NCBI GenBank assembly: GCA_965235115.1
Contig: OZ249436.1
Coordinates: 22,756,001-22,820,000 of the forward strand
Source of the DNA: Laetmonice hystrix
Lineage: Eukaryota
Length of the DNA: 64,000 nt
Direction of reading: 5' to 3'
Shown here: positions 36,697 to 50,782 of the stretch, one piece after another
How the letters are laid out: every line of letters begins with the position of its first letter
Numbering within the stretch: position 1 is the stretch's first letter
The notes under the pieces: generated by a model
Told to the model about the DNA's origin: nothing
Databases searched by the model: none
The model's input: the letters and a program-made list of their open reading frames with translations, nothing else
Made by a program: the position numbers and the translations under genes

Positions 36697-39512
36697 AGTA
36701 TTGTATATGTTTATTATTATTAGCAACCTTTCGGTTGGATTATATACACACATTAATATTAAATAAAACATATTACGTAAAAATCCACTACTAATAAACC
36801 ATATAAAATCCACTACTAAGAATGATTACTGGCAGTTAGAATACAATACAATAAAATACAATACAATAAAATACAATACATGTACAATACAATACCTTTT
36901 AAAATAATACATATGCACAGGTCTACTAATTCTGGCAATTACTTAATGCCCATGGAATAAAATAGTTTTTATATCTGGGTCATTCCATGTCAAATCGACC
37001 AGTGGATCCCGGGTGACCATCTCCAATTTTTTTCTTATTTGGCATGTAGTTAGATCTATATATCTGAAGTACATGTCATTTCTGAAATTTTTCTTCCAAA
37101 TTCCCAACGGTTCCCATGTTATACCCCCATGCGTTTGGGTGGGGGTACCCGTGAAAAAAACGCTTCTTTTTCTGAGCCGTTTTTAGAGGGCTGCCATTCA
37201 GAAATTATAAGAGCTGGCAATTTGTATTTTTGCCCACTGAAACTTTAATATGTAGAGACCAGGAAAAAGTAATAACATTTTTAATTCTTTGCTTATTCCT
37301 TGGAGCACCATGCCCCCCAAAATAGAAAAAAACACATCGGAGAAAAGAAAATTCAATATTCAAACATTTTTCATGCAAAAGTTCCTTCTTGTAACTTCTT
37401 GATCTTTGGGGATTTGATTTATGGGTATATGAGGTGCAGGCAAACACCAAAATAATCTTCTAAAAATAGACACAGGTGGCGCCACTAGTGGCCAAAGTTG
37501 GCCGATCGCTAAATATGACCCATTTTGAGGGGCCATTTTGCCTATGTTGCCAAGGTGGAAGAGCATTGTGATATTTTTTCCTTGATAAAGCACATTTTGG
37601 ACATTAAAGAAAACTAAGTCCCTTATCCCTTCCATACTTCCTTCCCTGTGAAATAATTTTTCGAATAATATCCATTTTAGTAAAGTTTACGCTGTGACAA
37701 GATACGAGGTACATTATATTTTATATCATAAAATTTTTATTATTTGCCACAGAATTCTTGAAAGTAGTAAATAGCATAAACTGTTGGTCTTTTGAAGATT
37801 TTTGTATTTAAATTAATTATTAAAGGAAATAATTAATTATAAATAAATTAATAATTTATTTTTATATTTTATTTTATATTATTATATTTTATGATTTTAA
37901 GTTATTAAATCAATAATTTAATTAATTAATTAAATTAATTAAAATAAATTTATAAAACATTTTATAATTAATTAATTAACTAATTAATTTAAAGACAAAA
38001 ATCTACAAAAGACCAACAGTTTAGGATATTTACCACTTTCAAGAATTCTTTGGCAAATAATAAAAATTTTATGATATAAAAACAACGTACCTCATTATCC
38101 CGTCACAGCGTGAACTTTACTCAAATGGATATTATTTGAAAAATTATTTCACAGGGAAGGAAGTATGGAAGGGATTAGGGACTTAGTTTTTGTTAATCGC
38201 AAAAGTGTGCACTATCAAGGAAAAAATATCCCAACGCTCTTCCACCTTGGCAACATAGGTAAAATGGCCTCTCAAAATGGGTCATATTTAGCGATTGGCC
38301 AACTTTGGCCACTAGTGGCGCCACCTGTGTCTATTTTTGGAAGATTATTTTGGTGTCTACATGCACCTCATATAGCCATAAATCAAATCCATAAAGATCA
38401 AGAAGTTACAAGAAATAACCTTCGCATGAAAAATGTTTGAATATTGAATTTTCTTTTCTCCGATGTGTTTTTTTCTATTTTGGGGGGTATGGTGCTCCAA
38501 GGAATAAGCAAAGAAATAAATTGTTATTGCTTTTTCCTGGTCTCTACATATTGACGTTTCAGTGGGGAAAAATACAAGTTGCCAGCTCTTAGAGTTTCTG
38601 AATGGTAGCCCTCTAAAAATGGCTCAGAATTAAACGTGCTTTGTTCAGGGGTACCCCCACCCTCGCTTATCGGGGTGTAACTCGGAGACCGTTGGGTATT
38701 TTGGAGCAAAATTTTAGGATTGTACTGCAAATACACAGGTCTAACTGCATGCCAAATTTGAAAAAAAATCGAAGATTGTCCCCCGGGAAGATTTTCCAAA
38801 ATTGGTCGATTTGACATGGAATGACCCATCTGTTTGTCCTTGTCATTTGGATGGGTAATTCTCCTGCAGTCCTCAAGGTGTACGGAACATTCCTTGGGCT
38901 AGGTAGTAGGTTATGCAGTTTATGATCACTTGCTTTCATTTTATTAAAATATGTTTTGCATGTTTCATCGCGCCTTGTGGCAAGTGATTGGATGTTTGCC
39001 ATTTGCAGGCTTTCCTCATACCCAGAACCAGGGAATATTGTATAAAGTGCCCTCTTCTGAATTGTTTCCAAATTATCAGAAAGGTACTTTGGCAAGTTTG
39101 TATGCCATACAGGGCATGCGTACTCTACCACCGGTCTAATAACTGATACATATATCCTTATTAAATCTTCTTGACTTACTCCAGCTCTCTTCAATTGGTA
39201 CAACATATGTATCCTTTTACTTGCTTTTGACACAATGCCATCGATGTGCAAATTCCAGGTTAAGTCTGATGATAGTATCACTCCCAACACCTTCGTATGG
39301 TCAACACGTTCTATTTCACTCTCATTAATAATAATCTTTGGAATTGCCTCACCATCTTCCTTTCCGAACCTAATAATCATTTCTTTGGTTTTACTCGTGT
39401 TTATTTTCATGTCATTTTCTTTGGACCACTTTTCTATAACGGTTGCAGATTCCTGTGACACCGATACAGAATTTTGTGTGCATACTTCAAACACAGTGCT
39501 ATCATCAACATT
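36697..39512 (-). mobile_element. 5'-truncated non-LTR retrotransposon (CR1/L2-group LINE) RT C-terminus plus 3' UTR, interrupted by a foldback element
   Basis: VDDSTVFE...WSKENDMKINTSKTKEM...KVLGVILSSDLTWNLHI...YVSVIRPVVEYACPVWH...LETIQKRAL...RTN (39512-38832) resumes in frame as RYKNYFIPWALSNCQN* (36976-36926). Downstream are an (ATTGT)n tract and AATAAA at ~36710. Confidence 0.9.
36977..38827. mobile_element. 1851-bp foldback DNA transposon with ~830-bp TIRs, AT-rich spacer and 4-bp TSD (Sola2-like)
   Basis: GGGTCATTCCATGTCAAATCGACCA ... TGGTCGATTTGACATGGAATGACCC, with ATCT at 36973-76 and 38828-31. The arms give mirror ORFs (37360-37635 minus, 38165-38440 plus). The centre (~37810-37990) is almost pure A/T. 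Confidence 0.92.
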
Positions 39513-40456
39513 GTGTTTGGTACCTCCCGTATTAGTGGCCATGGTCACTTTCACGGCAAGGCCCAAAATACGGCAGAACCTAATGTGCCGTATTTGTGAC
39601 CAGAGATTCTGTCCACTTTCACGGCAAGGCCCAAAATACGACAGAACACCGGCACCGTATTCGCCGCAGCCATGGGACGCATGCGCAGTGTGCCAATCCA
39701 CCAATCAGATCGCATCTTTAACTCACATGTCCTCGAATAGGGCGACGGCGAATATTGCGCAGTCAGATTTCTCTGTGTGCACCTATAGCTACCAGCTACA
39801 TCTGATTCGTTCTCATTTTAATAGGCCTATGCTTACTATCTTGCCGGTCGCTAGGTAGCTGACCCGCCGGCCGGAAAGTCTGACGTCGAACTTTTTCGAA
39901 GGCCGGTGTCGGCTAAAATCGGCAGCCACCGGCCGAGAGGAAGTGTCCCCACCATTCCGAGGCTGACGATTTTCCAAAAGTCGTCCGTCGTAAGCCGGGC
40001 TGTACCTGGTTCCCTAGAAGAAATGTTCAATTCACTAGCTCTTTCGGAGCGATAGGTCTTGCCACCGACTTTGAGGAGAATAAGACACACTTGTGGAGAC
40101 ACTAGATATCAGACATGTTGTCCGAGAAAGTAATGGCATAATCCATTAGAAACACTTTCCTCGCCAAATTAGCTGATTTATATGAGAGATTAGAAGAGTG
40201 AGAAGCATCGTTTGTCATCTCTGTAGAATAAAGCAGAGCACACAAAAATGATGGACATTATTCAGCGTAGACGTCAAGATAGACCGTTTGGATTTCCCGC
40301 CGATTGTCAGAATTTTTACAATTCGCTTCTTATAACATGTTGCCATGACGACATTCTTTCAGTTTTTAAAGGATTGAAATATGAGACGAGAGAAGTTTTA
40401 TCATATTCACAGTAAAAGATGGTGCCAAATATTGATATAGTCAGAATACTGGAGCA

Positions 40457-40617
40457 GGGGTCTGTCTTACTTAAAGGTCTGATTATTAACGATCTAGTTA
40501 AATTTACTTGGCCGTGAATGGGAAGTTAACAACGATCACATTAACAAGAGACTCTTATGTATTCCTATTGAAATTAACGATATCGTTAATAACCATACCT
40601 AGAGTAAAACAAACCCC
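40457..40617. mobile_element. MITE with GGGGTCTGTCTTACT termini; related copy at ~34003-34230
   Basis: Inverted ends plus internal inverted AGGTCTGATTATTAACGAT / ATCGTTAATAACCATACCT. Confidence 0.55.
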
Positions 40618-43600
40618 AGGGCTGTAACTATATAGTATTGATGGTCCATCTCCCGTGGTAACTTAAAGCGTAGCCTCAGTGATTTCTTTAAAACTCTCCT
40701 TGTACTTACTATAGTATGTCAAAGATTTATGTTTCAAAAATCATAATCCAAACGCTCGTATCTGTGGACTGCATTGTTATTTGTGTCAGACCACTGTATA
40801 ATAGAGGGCCTACTTCTGCCAGTTCTGGCTGGGGATGCTTGGAAACGAGAGTCGTGACGACACAACAGGAACACGTCGGGCTAGGCCTAGGCGTAGAGAG
40901 GCATTGTCCGCCACAGCAAAGCAGATTTTACGCGTGCTTGTGAATAATCTAGTTTCTTCTGGTAAAACTCAAAGTCAGCTATAATGATAAACAAGCTGCC
41001 ACAGGCTTCGGAAAAACTTAGGTCTTAGCGTGGAATTATTCTGTAACTTTTGCCCAAGCAAGTGCACAGTCTGAAGCTGGCCTATCCTTAGGCTTAGCCT
41101 TAGCCTGAATCTGACTGGTAGTGTTAGTACTCGACTTACTCTAGTCTAGACTAGTTGACAGTGGAAGCACGTTATCACTCGGACTAGTCTAGAGAAATGT
41201 GGGCAGCACGGACATGGAGGTTTTTGAAGAGTAATTTCAGTAAATATTAAAAAAGAAGAAGAAAATGATGCTGTCCCGCCCCGCCTATGTGATTGAACGC
41301 GAAGCTTTGACAGAGCGTCAGCCTACCGGCACTGCAGCCCGGTTGGCCGTCAGTAGCCAGGCCGTGCATAGCGTGGCTTTCGCTAGGCCTACATCGGAGA
41401 GGGGTCTAGGAAAGCCGAGGCCTAGATCTATACAGAAAGATTTATATGTTTCGGACAATTCGAATAAAATTTACTATAAATATTAAGCAGGGGTATTTGT
41501 TTACTAGTGTGGAGTTTTAATCCGGTACGTAGGCCTAGGCTGTCGTGTTTAGGAGTGTTTTTACTTTTGACTTTTTGTTTCGTGGGGTTTCGAATTTGCG
41601 TGTTGGCACTGTTGCGACCTGCAACAAAACATAGCCGGGATAAAGCTTAGGGCCACCTGGGCCAGTTAAATTTTTGATCGGTTTCATGCACTGACCTTAT
41701 AGATGAGAGGATACACGGCTTCCGTATAATGATTATAACCAGTATAAGCAAGGGGAGCTCAAGACTCGACACAAGCACTGTCCCACTGTCACTCAGTTTA
41801 CTGTTGCGTTGGAGTCGCCATTGCGTGTGTCAGTGCTGCACTCCCGCACTGATAAAAATTCAGGCTGCAGCCTGCCGTAGCCTCCGTAGGCCTATATATT
41901 TCCAATGGAAGTCATCATTCATCAATTTTCAGTTGAGAACATCCGTCTCCTCACTAAAAACGGAACCTAACTCACTATACTTATCACTTTCTCGACTCGC
42001 TGTGTGCTAGGCGATAGGCTTATAATGGACGGTGGTCTGTGACAGTTCAGTGGGCGAGTTCCTGTTGTGACGTAATGGGCCATGACATCCACCAGATGGC
42101 GTTTCAGTCGAGGCCCTGTCACTTTTGCTTGGTTACGGGTAGAAAATGCAGTGTCACACGGAAACGCAATTAAATAAAATATTGAAAATTGCCACAAAAA
42201 TAGTACATGCTCTCAGGATTGGAGCACAATTATAACTAGAACGACTGAGGCCTATCTTTAAAACCCACGAAATTTGGTCGAAAGGAAAGATCATAGCTCT
42301 AACCTTATCCCTAACCCCGTTCCCTACACCTCCAAAAAACATATCCATATCCTATCCCTGACCTTAACCCCTACCCAAAAATGTTGTGGGGAAGTTACCA
42401 TGAGGGAATAACCAGTATTGAGATAGACCAGGTAGGCTACATTCGGCCCACCTCGGGACTGTCCGGGCCAGATCCTCTCGGCCCTCGCACAGTCGTCACC
42501 ATGTTGGATCTTCTTTTATCACGTGACACACGTGACGGCCGACACACCGACAAAGGTGAAAGACAAGCAGTGTCTGGCTTGTTTAAAAACAGATCTCCGC
42601 TTGATACCTCTGACAAGTGGATTAGACGTCAGAGAAAATCTATTTAGGTCTCTATAGATACTTTTTTAGATGTTGACATTCCTATTGGCATTGTTTATCG
42701 TCAGACGGAGGTCAACGTTTGTCCCACGGACGAGCTGTCTCACTTGGGATTCCCTCGGGATTCCTTTGAGCGTATGACGTCATTTTTTATGTTGATGCAA
42801 CCTAGTAAAGTCGTATGATTTCATAAATACTGCAAAACTGAATGTGTCGCGGCTGCTAAGAACGATCGAGACTGCAAATCTTCGGAAATTATCCATCTTT
42901 CCCGATGAACAATCCCGCGTTAGGCCGAATACCGACTGTCTATGAACTACTTTGCACCGTTGCGCACTACGCGAGTTGTGATGTGCCCAAACCCGTGGAA
43001 TCACTGTCATATCTCTACGGCTTGCAAGGGCCGAGACCACAAATTACGAAGTGACCGGAAGTTGGGCCGAGGTTTTCCGAATGAGACGAGGTATTGCCTC
43101 GTCTGTCCTTTCCCAGGTTGTGGGTGTGTGGGTATGCATGCCCCAGACTCCCATTTTAGAGTTTTCTTCGCCTCGTCGCTTTTTAAGGTCTGGTTACGGT
43201 CGTGCGGACTGTTTGTGAAAATAGTTCCCCAGGATCCCACCCTCTCGTTTTCCTTCTCACCCCCCCCCCCTCTAACCGTACTTAATCTATGACATGAGCA
43301 TGAAATGGCTGTATATGAAATGTAGAGAAATATGTAGTTCTAAAATACTACATACATATGCCATATGTCTAATGACCAGCCTTCCATGCGTTTTGTGAAA
43401 ATCAAATTCCCTGAGTTTTCCCCGAGATTTTCATGAGAAATTTCCAAAACTCTATGAGAAATATTTTGTGTTTATTGGTAGTACCGACTACAATAGTCTC
43501 GAGAGGTGTATTGTTCACATTGTAAGAACACTAAAAGGCCACTATACAAATTAGTCAATGGACTTAGGACACACTGAAGATGCATACGCCAAATTGAATT

Positions 43601-45662
43601 AACTGATGAAAATATTTCCCTTTTGTGTCATTGCAAATTCCCTGAGTTTTCCCAGATTTTTTCAAATGTTCCCCCCGATTCCCAGAGTTTGCCCTGAAAA
43701 ATGGAACTTCACTTTCTCTGATTTCCAGTGTGGCTGGGAACCGACATATCCGTCAGATCAAATGTCATCGTTCCACCGGGAAGTGTGCTACATTGTGATA
43801 TTGACAAACTATCAAACGTCTTCACCTGTCTGAGACTTCTTGTCTGACACAGCCTGCGGCAAGGGTTATCCAACTCCAAACAAACACAGGTGTTATCATC
43901 AACGATCAGAGAGTATCCTGTCCTCATATCTAATATTGACAGCTGCAGTATGGCACGTTCAACATTCTCCGCCTTGTACTTTTACTGCAAGTTTCTTTAA
44001 AGCCCTTGACGACCACGGCGCTGTTATTTCAATGCTAGCAGACAATCCTTAACGCACTGTTGCTGAAAGCGAAACTTATTTCGTCTTTTTAGCAAGTTTT
44101 TACACTGGCTATGCAACAATCAGAATCTTCAACCTTCTACCGCTTACAAAAGTTGCTCCTGTTTGTTCGGCTTTTTTTTTTTGGGGGGGGGGGGGGGATG
44201 GGGTCATTTAATACCACTGAATACCTATTTCGTCATATCTCCTTATAGATGTACCATTTCTTCAATAGATATAAGCTATATTTCAACATGCCTTGTATCA
44301 ATATAGCGTACATAGCCTTTCATCTAAATTCTATGTGTAATTAGATACTCATGACTCCCCCAAGTAAAAGGAAAGCTAAGGATCTTAATACTTATAACCT
44401 TAAGGAGTTGTCATATCGAAATCTTGGAAATGGTCGCTTTATTATATTCAGAATCCTGTTCGTTTCATATGGGATATTGATATCGAATATATCTTATTGC
44501 TATCTTCGAGACACACATGTCAGTAATCTGTTTTTACTTTTCTATCAAGCTGCCCGTCAGACCCCCAAAATCTGTTTAAGTATCACGTGCGCTGCCCTTC
44601 TTTATCATCTACGGCAAGTGTTAGTCCTGGGCGAAACGTTCGTGCTGCGAAAAAAAAAACGAGAAACACTAACAAAGGATTCGACGTTAAATGGGGCTTT
44701 CATATTTCGTGCGAAATTGGCACTTTGCAAGAATGCGACATTCAAGACAATAATAACCGGGTGAAAAGCTGAACGACGAACGTGTTCAGAAAATAACTCC
44801 CCAGAGAGCCATTTTTCAAACTTCGCTTATCGTCTGACAGGTGTTATACAAAATTCACAGTCCCTTGGAAACATAAGTTAAATGTCCTGTAAATGATGAT
44901 TTGGTTAAAAAAAAACGTTGCATGCAATAAATGCCAGCGCACGTTCCGACCACTTTGCTTGCTGCTGACTGATCTCCTGTTATTGCCTAATCGGGTCACA
45001 TTGGACCTGGCAGCATGAAATTTTAAACAGTTCGCTTTTCTCTTATAGCAGCACACATTATTTTGATAACGTTACATGTCAACGGTCTCTTGCGTCACTA
45101 CCTGATCTTCTAGACTTTGGAAATGGTGCATGACCTAGAAATAACATTCATCCCCACTGCCGAACGATGCAGAAACATATCGCGCATACTAACCTGAAAT
45201 GTTTTTGCGTTTCGTATGCCAAGCGCACCACAAACACAAATCGCGGGCTGACAGAGGCTCCACCATGAGCGTAGTAAAATGGCCAAGATTTTCAAATATA
45301 AATCGCGGTCTTTAAGTCTAAATATCATCTTTACACGTCTCTCTCAATTCACATTGACGTCACCTCGTGGACGCTTGCAGCGCTGTTAGTTAAATTCTCG
45401 AGGAGAAATTTCTATCTTCCCAACTATTAAGGAGAAAAATACTGACTGAAAAGCAGTCTTCCTTCTTGCTGTATAACATGATATTTTTACCCTGGCTGTG
45501 TAAGAATCACGACATTGCACCTTCAGCATTCAGACAAGAATATTTTTAGGAAATAGCACCGTCGTTTCCACCTAATTCGTGAGGATTATGACTATAAGTT
45601 ATGTAGTCAAGCGGTCTATACCTTCAAATATACATGTTGTAAATCACAGCCGTCAATAGGAT

Positions 45663-46022
45663 CATTGCACAAGATTGGCGACGGCCGTATATGGCGACAG
45701 CCCGTATGGCGACACCCGTCGCCATAATGGAGAGTCCATCAAGATTCAAGAGCGCTAAAGGCGGGAAGCATAGCTATGGTCCGGGGGCATCCGGGAAAGT
45801 TTTAAATTTCAGGGCTCTTTGAGACATCTGGGCCCAGTTCGTAGAAACTTAAAGATCTTCCGTCCCGCCGTCCCGCGACAGCCGTCGCCATCCCACGACA
45901 GCCGTCGCCATCCCGCGACAGCCGTCGCCGTCCCGGGATCAGCCGTCGCCGTCCCGCGACAGCCGTCGCCATCTCTACTTGTGCAATGCAAACTCCGTCG
46001 CCAACTTCAAACGCCAATCTCC
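45663..46022. repeat. Element with ~20-bp CAGCCGTCGCCATCCCGCGA subterminal repeats
   Basis: About five tandem units at 45866-45972 and inverted TGGCGAC motifs at 45675-45715. The left end resembles 57634 (CATTG.ACAAGATTGGCGACG). Confidence 0.55.
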
Positions 46023-46564
46023 ATTCCGTATTGCATCACCTCCCGGGCGGCTGTACAGTCAGTTAAAGCTGGTGAAGCTGGTGACACATACAAGCGTTTA
46101 CCGCATCCGTACACCGCGTCCAGTCATCGCATCCGTCCAAATGGGTTTGGACATTATGGTTTACAACCAAGCATGACACACACCTCCGGCCACGATCAAA
46201 CGGATCCGTTGATCGCAATTTTCCAACACTGCCCAATTTTTGCGATGAACGCGCCGGTAAACGGAAGGGGAACTCCATATTATGACGTCAAATTGGGGAA
46301 GCCCTCATACCAACCAGGCCGCGGGAATATACAATCCCGACAAAGCAACAGGTTGGGGAGCTGATAGAGGGTGCCAGGAGACATATATAATGCGCGACAC
46401 ATATTGCATCATGACACAGAGAAGTGTCAAAATGCCTGGGAGGCAATCAAAAGTACACTACAAACGGAACTGAGCAGTGAGTATAGCTAGACTGTGTGAT
46501 GGTAACATGTTCCTGACATATTGGCTCGTATAGGAATCATGCAGCAGGAACCCGGTCAACCCAT

Positions 46565-47586
46565 TGTTACAACCGCTAATGTAATAACGCCCACTATTGT
46601 AATAACTGGGGTGCTAGGGGGGTACCAGGGAAGTACCACCAGAGTACCGGACAGGACCAGGGGAGCATTATTGGGGTACCCTCTGAGTACCCTCTGGGTA
46701 CCCCCTGGGTACCCAGAGGGTACCAACCGGGGGGTACCAGGGAAATACTACTGGAGTACCGGACGGGACCAGGTGAGCATTTTGGGGGTACCCCCTGAGT
46801 ACCATGTGGTACTTCCCTGGTACCCCCTAGCACCCCAGTTATTACAATAGTGGTTGCGTTCGCCAGAATTCGCAACCGCTATTGTAATAAAACTGTATTC
46901 AAGGGCTACCGACCAGATCGGTACCTGAGGGTACCTAGGGGGTACCCAGATGGTACTCAGGGGGTACCCCCAAAATGCTCACCTGGTCCTGTCCGGTACT
47001 GTGGTGGTACTTCCCTGGTACCCCCCTAGCACCCCAGTTATTACAATAGCGGTTGTGTTCGCCAGAATTCGCAACCGCTATTGTAATAAAACTGTATTCA
47101 AGGGCTACCGACCAGATCGGTACCTGAGGGTACCTAGGGGGTACCCAGATGGTACTCAGGGGGTACCCCCAAAATGCTCACCTGGTCCTGTCCGGTACTC
47201 TGGTGGTACTTCCCTGGTACCCCCTAGCACCCCAGTTATTACAATAGCGGTTGCGTTCGCCAGAATTCGCAACCGCTATTGTAATAAAACTTTGTTCAAG
47301 GGCTACCGACCAGATCGGTACCTGAGGGTACCCAGGGGGTACCCAGATGGTACTCAGGGGGTACCCCCAAAATGCTCACCTGGTCCTGTCCGGTACTCCA
47401 GTAGTATTTCCCTGGTATCCCCGGTTGGTACCCTCTGGGTACCCAGGGGGTACCAAGAGGGTACTCAGAGGGTACCCCAAAAATGCTCCCCTGGTCCTGT
47501 CCGGTACTCTGGTGGTACTTCCCTGGTACCCCCCTAGCACCCCAGTTATTACAATAGTGGGCGTTATTACATTAGCGGTTGTAACA
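46565..47586. mobile_element. 1022-bp non-autonomous TIR element with ~240-bp TIRs and internal ~198-bp tandem units
   Basis: TGTTACAACCGCTAATGTAATAACGCCCACTATTGTAATAAC... with its exact reverse complement at the right end. ACCCAT flanks both sides (46559-64, 47587-92). Confidence 0.9.
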
Positions 47587-50500
47587 ACCCATGTATAGCC
47601 TACCTGGCACATTTACTTTCTTATCATGTCATCATCGACATATATCCCCCAAAGGCGTAAATGCGGTATTCCAGGGGGTCACGACAGGGTGTCCCTTGCA
47701 TGCTCTCCCAATAGCCACAGACCTGATTTTTTGCAGACATTACACCCAGCCCCTCTAGAACCACTGCAAATCATTGTACAGGGCTGCAAAACGAATTCAT
47801 AGTCCAGCAAACAAATTATTTCGGGGGTTTGGTGACGAAAATTTATTGCGACGTATGGACGTTTTGGTTTCGACGCTTGTATGTGTCATGTGTTGCCGCA
47901 TGTTTGCCGTCCGTTCATCGCATGCGGTAACCGGGTGCGTCAAACGCTACCGCGATTACCGCAGGTATGTGTCACCGGCTTCACCGGCTTGAGCCCGACG
48001 ATTGCCCTGCAAAGACCGCCGGTGAACACAGAGGATAGCTTTGCCGCGATGGATGACACCTTTTAGTTAAACTGACGATCTCTTTCAGGTCGGCGCACCT
48101 GTCGCTACCCTTGAAACCGCAACAGCTGCGTCTCCTCCTTCCATAATGGCAATACACCCGGATCATCCCTACCCGTCTCCACCGGCTCCCTACCTCTCCC
48201 CATTCAAAATTCACGGATTGCAATTGAGAAATCTCCCAAGGGATAAACCTCGTCTCCCGCGCCTTGATCACAGATGTTGAGAGGTGCCGAATGTTGGTAA
48301 ACAGAGGCCTGGCCGACGACGATAAATCATAGAATAATGAATGAATGTTTCTTTATCTCTATGTTAGATATGGTAAATATAATTAGAAATCAAAAATTTT
48401 AAAGTGCGATATTTGGATAGGGCGTCTTTTAGTATGCACTGACGTGTTGCAGAGGACATTGCTGCCGTGCAGATCCACAAACACTTCAGAATTACACATA
48501 CTATTCCTGCAAGACATTCCGACCATTATATCTCTATCGTTATCTTCTTCCCTTCAAGGACTACTCCGAAGACACCATCTTTGATATAACTTCCAGACCG
48601 TTTTTCATTACTGATGACTGAAAACGTGCATGGAGGCCTTACCAGTTGTTAACTAACAAGCTCAGTCGTCTTTTCCAACACTCTTAACGTTCGAGGATCC
48701 CCTCAGACACTTTGAAATCGAGAGGATAAGAAGGTCAAAACATCTGAAAGCATTAATCTCCTTGAGCGTATTGCAGGGCTTAGGCATTCCCTTGTGGTAA
48801 AATATGATCTATTTCGATTAAATATCCAACAACAGATTCCCTCATAATGGCCTCCTATGCGTTCTTCAACCTGCTTGTGGAGTCTAATGTTTACATAATA
48901 AACTTAGCACTCTCAACCCTGAGAATTAGTTCAAACGTTCCTCATGTTTATAAATTAAAATTCTGACGTCACTTCTCAGAATGGTTTGCTAAACTAGATT
49001 TCACCACACTATCATATTATTTGTGAATCTTGGACGAGTTAAAATTTGTTTATTTAAAATTTGAGTAGCCTCCCAATGAAGTACATTATGAACATACTCT
49101 GCCAATACCGCGCATCCCATACTGAGACAGAAACATACGAACTCGTAGCCTGAACACAATTCTGTCTTCAGAAGCTATAAATCAGTCTCGAAACCTAACA
49201 CATCCACGTATCCAGCCACATATTGTATCATTACAGCTGGATAGCACTTACTGATTTCGGGTGGTGGGTGGTGTGTTAAATAATATGAACATGATTAGGC
49301 AACTGTCAGTGAGTAGTGGTGGTGATAAGGCATGGTCTTACATCCTGTCTTTGGCTGCCAACGAAGCTTCTCTAGTAGACCCCGTAATCCGGCAGTAGGG
49401 GAGCACGTACTAGGTCACGACCTGACGGGACCCCATGGCCCGCTTTTTAGTTCGTCATTTTATCAATCTTAAGACTGGAATTTTAAGCCCGACTTGTGTT
49501 ATGGTATACCAATCAGAAGATCTGAAACAAGAGTGCAGTCTTAATGAATCTTAGGACTCGGTTTGCAAACAAAAAAACCGTGGCAAGGGCCCGAAGGCCT
49601 TACCATTGCCATTCAATCGGCCAAAACCTCTTCTCTGATGACGGGCACGTCTCTCCACCTTCTATTCCCTCTAACTGTAAAAGTATGAGGATGTTTAGTT
49701 TGGTTTCAGTGCATAAATAAACGCAGCTATTTTAAGTCATGTTTAATGCACAGGTACATTATACCGGCTAGTGTTGAACACTGCACAGAGACGCCCCTAC
49801 CTACGACACAAGACTGAACGTGGTCGCCTGACGTCGACAAATGCCGCATCCTTGCCGACCTGGCCGTGGGAAACCAATGTTCGTCTGTCGTACGTCATAC
49901 GAGATAACTATGTCGTACGTATGACTTCGTACCTCCGAGTTAGCACATGCATATTGCAGTCACTGTCTTTTGAAACTCCAGGCGAGTGAATAAAAGGCTC
50001 GCCTAGATTTTTCAGACGAGCTTTTTTCATATATGTCCTTCTCGTTTGTAGGCCTATTAATTCAACAAAGGGGCCTCCTGTGTTGGCGAAAATGTTGAAT
50101 GACCTAAATATTGATCTTTCATATCTCTATTCTACTGGATGGCGCTTAATACTTTATCACCAGCATTGAACAGGTGAGCGGGTATTGTGCTCTAGTGCCA
50201 TGGTCATTTAAACAAATCCACATGGAAACGCTCGCCTGTCAAATACCGTTTGACCTTTCAAGGTCACTCAAGGTCATGGAAAATAGCAATCTCTCATAAT
50301 GCAGAGAGGCTTGTTCCACTACCCCTCTGCCACACCTCACGTTTTACGGACAGGATCGGTCCTCTACCTACGCGTTTAACTCCGTTTTTGCAAAGTCGGC
50401 CGCCCTTTATGCTATCTATAAAATTTAACGTAGGCCTACCTCTAAATCCCCAAACCGAGATTATAACAAGTGACATTCACCGTACAAGAGAAATATCTCA

Positions 50501-50782
50501 CGAAATATTAGGAACTACATTTACGGAAGGAAATCAGCTATAGTCGCAAGACGGTTGGCCAATTTCGGGATGATTCGAAATACTTCGGGTGTTTCCGACT
50601 AGGTACTTCCGTTCAACATAGCGGCTGCACTTGATTTCTCTGAAGATTTAGATGTTTGTGTGGCATCATATTCTGACAGTCTGCACCGTAAAAGTAAACA
50701 AGAGTGCCTCAGCAAAATCGAGCAGCCACGATTCCAGCTCGGCTGGCCCGGTCGGGGATTTCTAGGTCTGGTCAGGGGTCAC

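Noticed and set aside
37360..38440. Two near-identical 91-aa ORFs on opposite strands
   Set aside because: Mirror translations of the foldback element's arms.
38667..39704. 345-aa ORF as an intact gene
   Set aside because: Chimeric: flanking repeat, LINE RT fragment, and read-through into the foldback TIR.
40006..40221. Minus-strand AG...GT-bounded segment as a CSPG4 exon
   Set aside because: Stop codons in all three frames.
48400..48900. Possible degraded kinase-like or transposon coding sequence (GSYIKDGVFGVV)
   Set aside because: Too short, interrupted by stops, and no further motifs.
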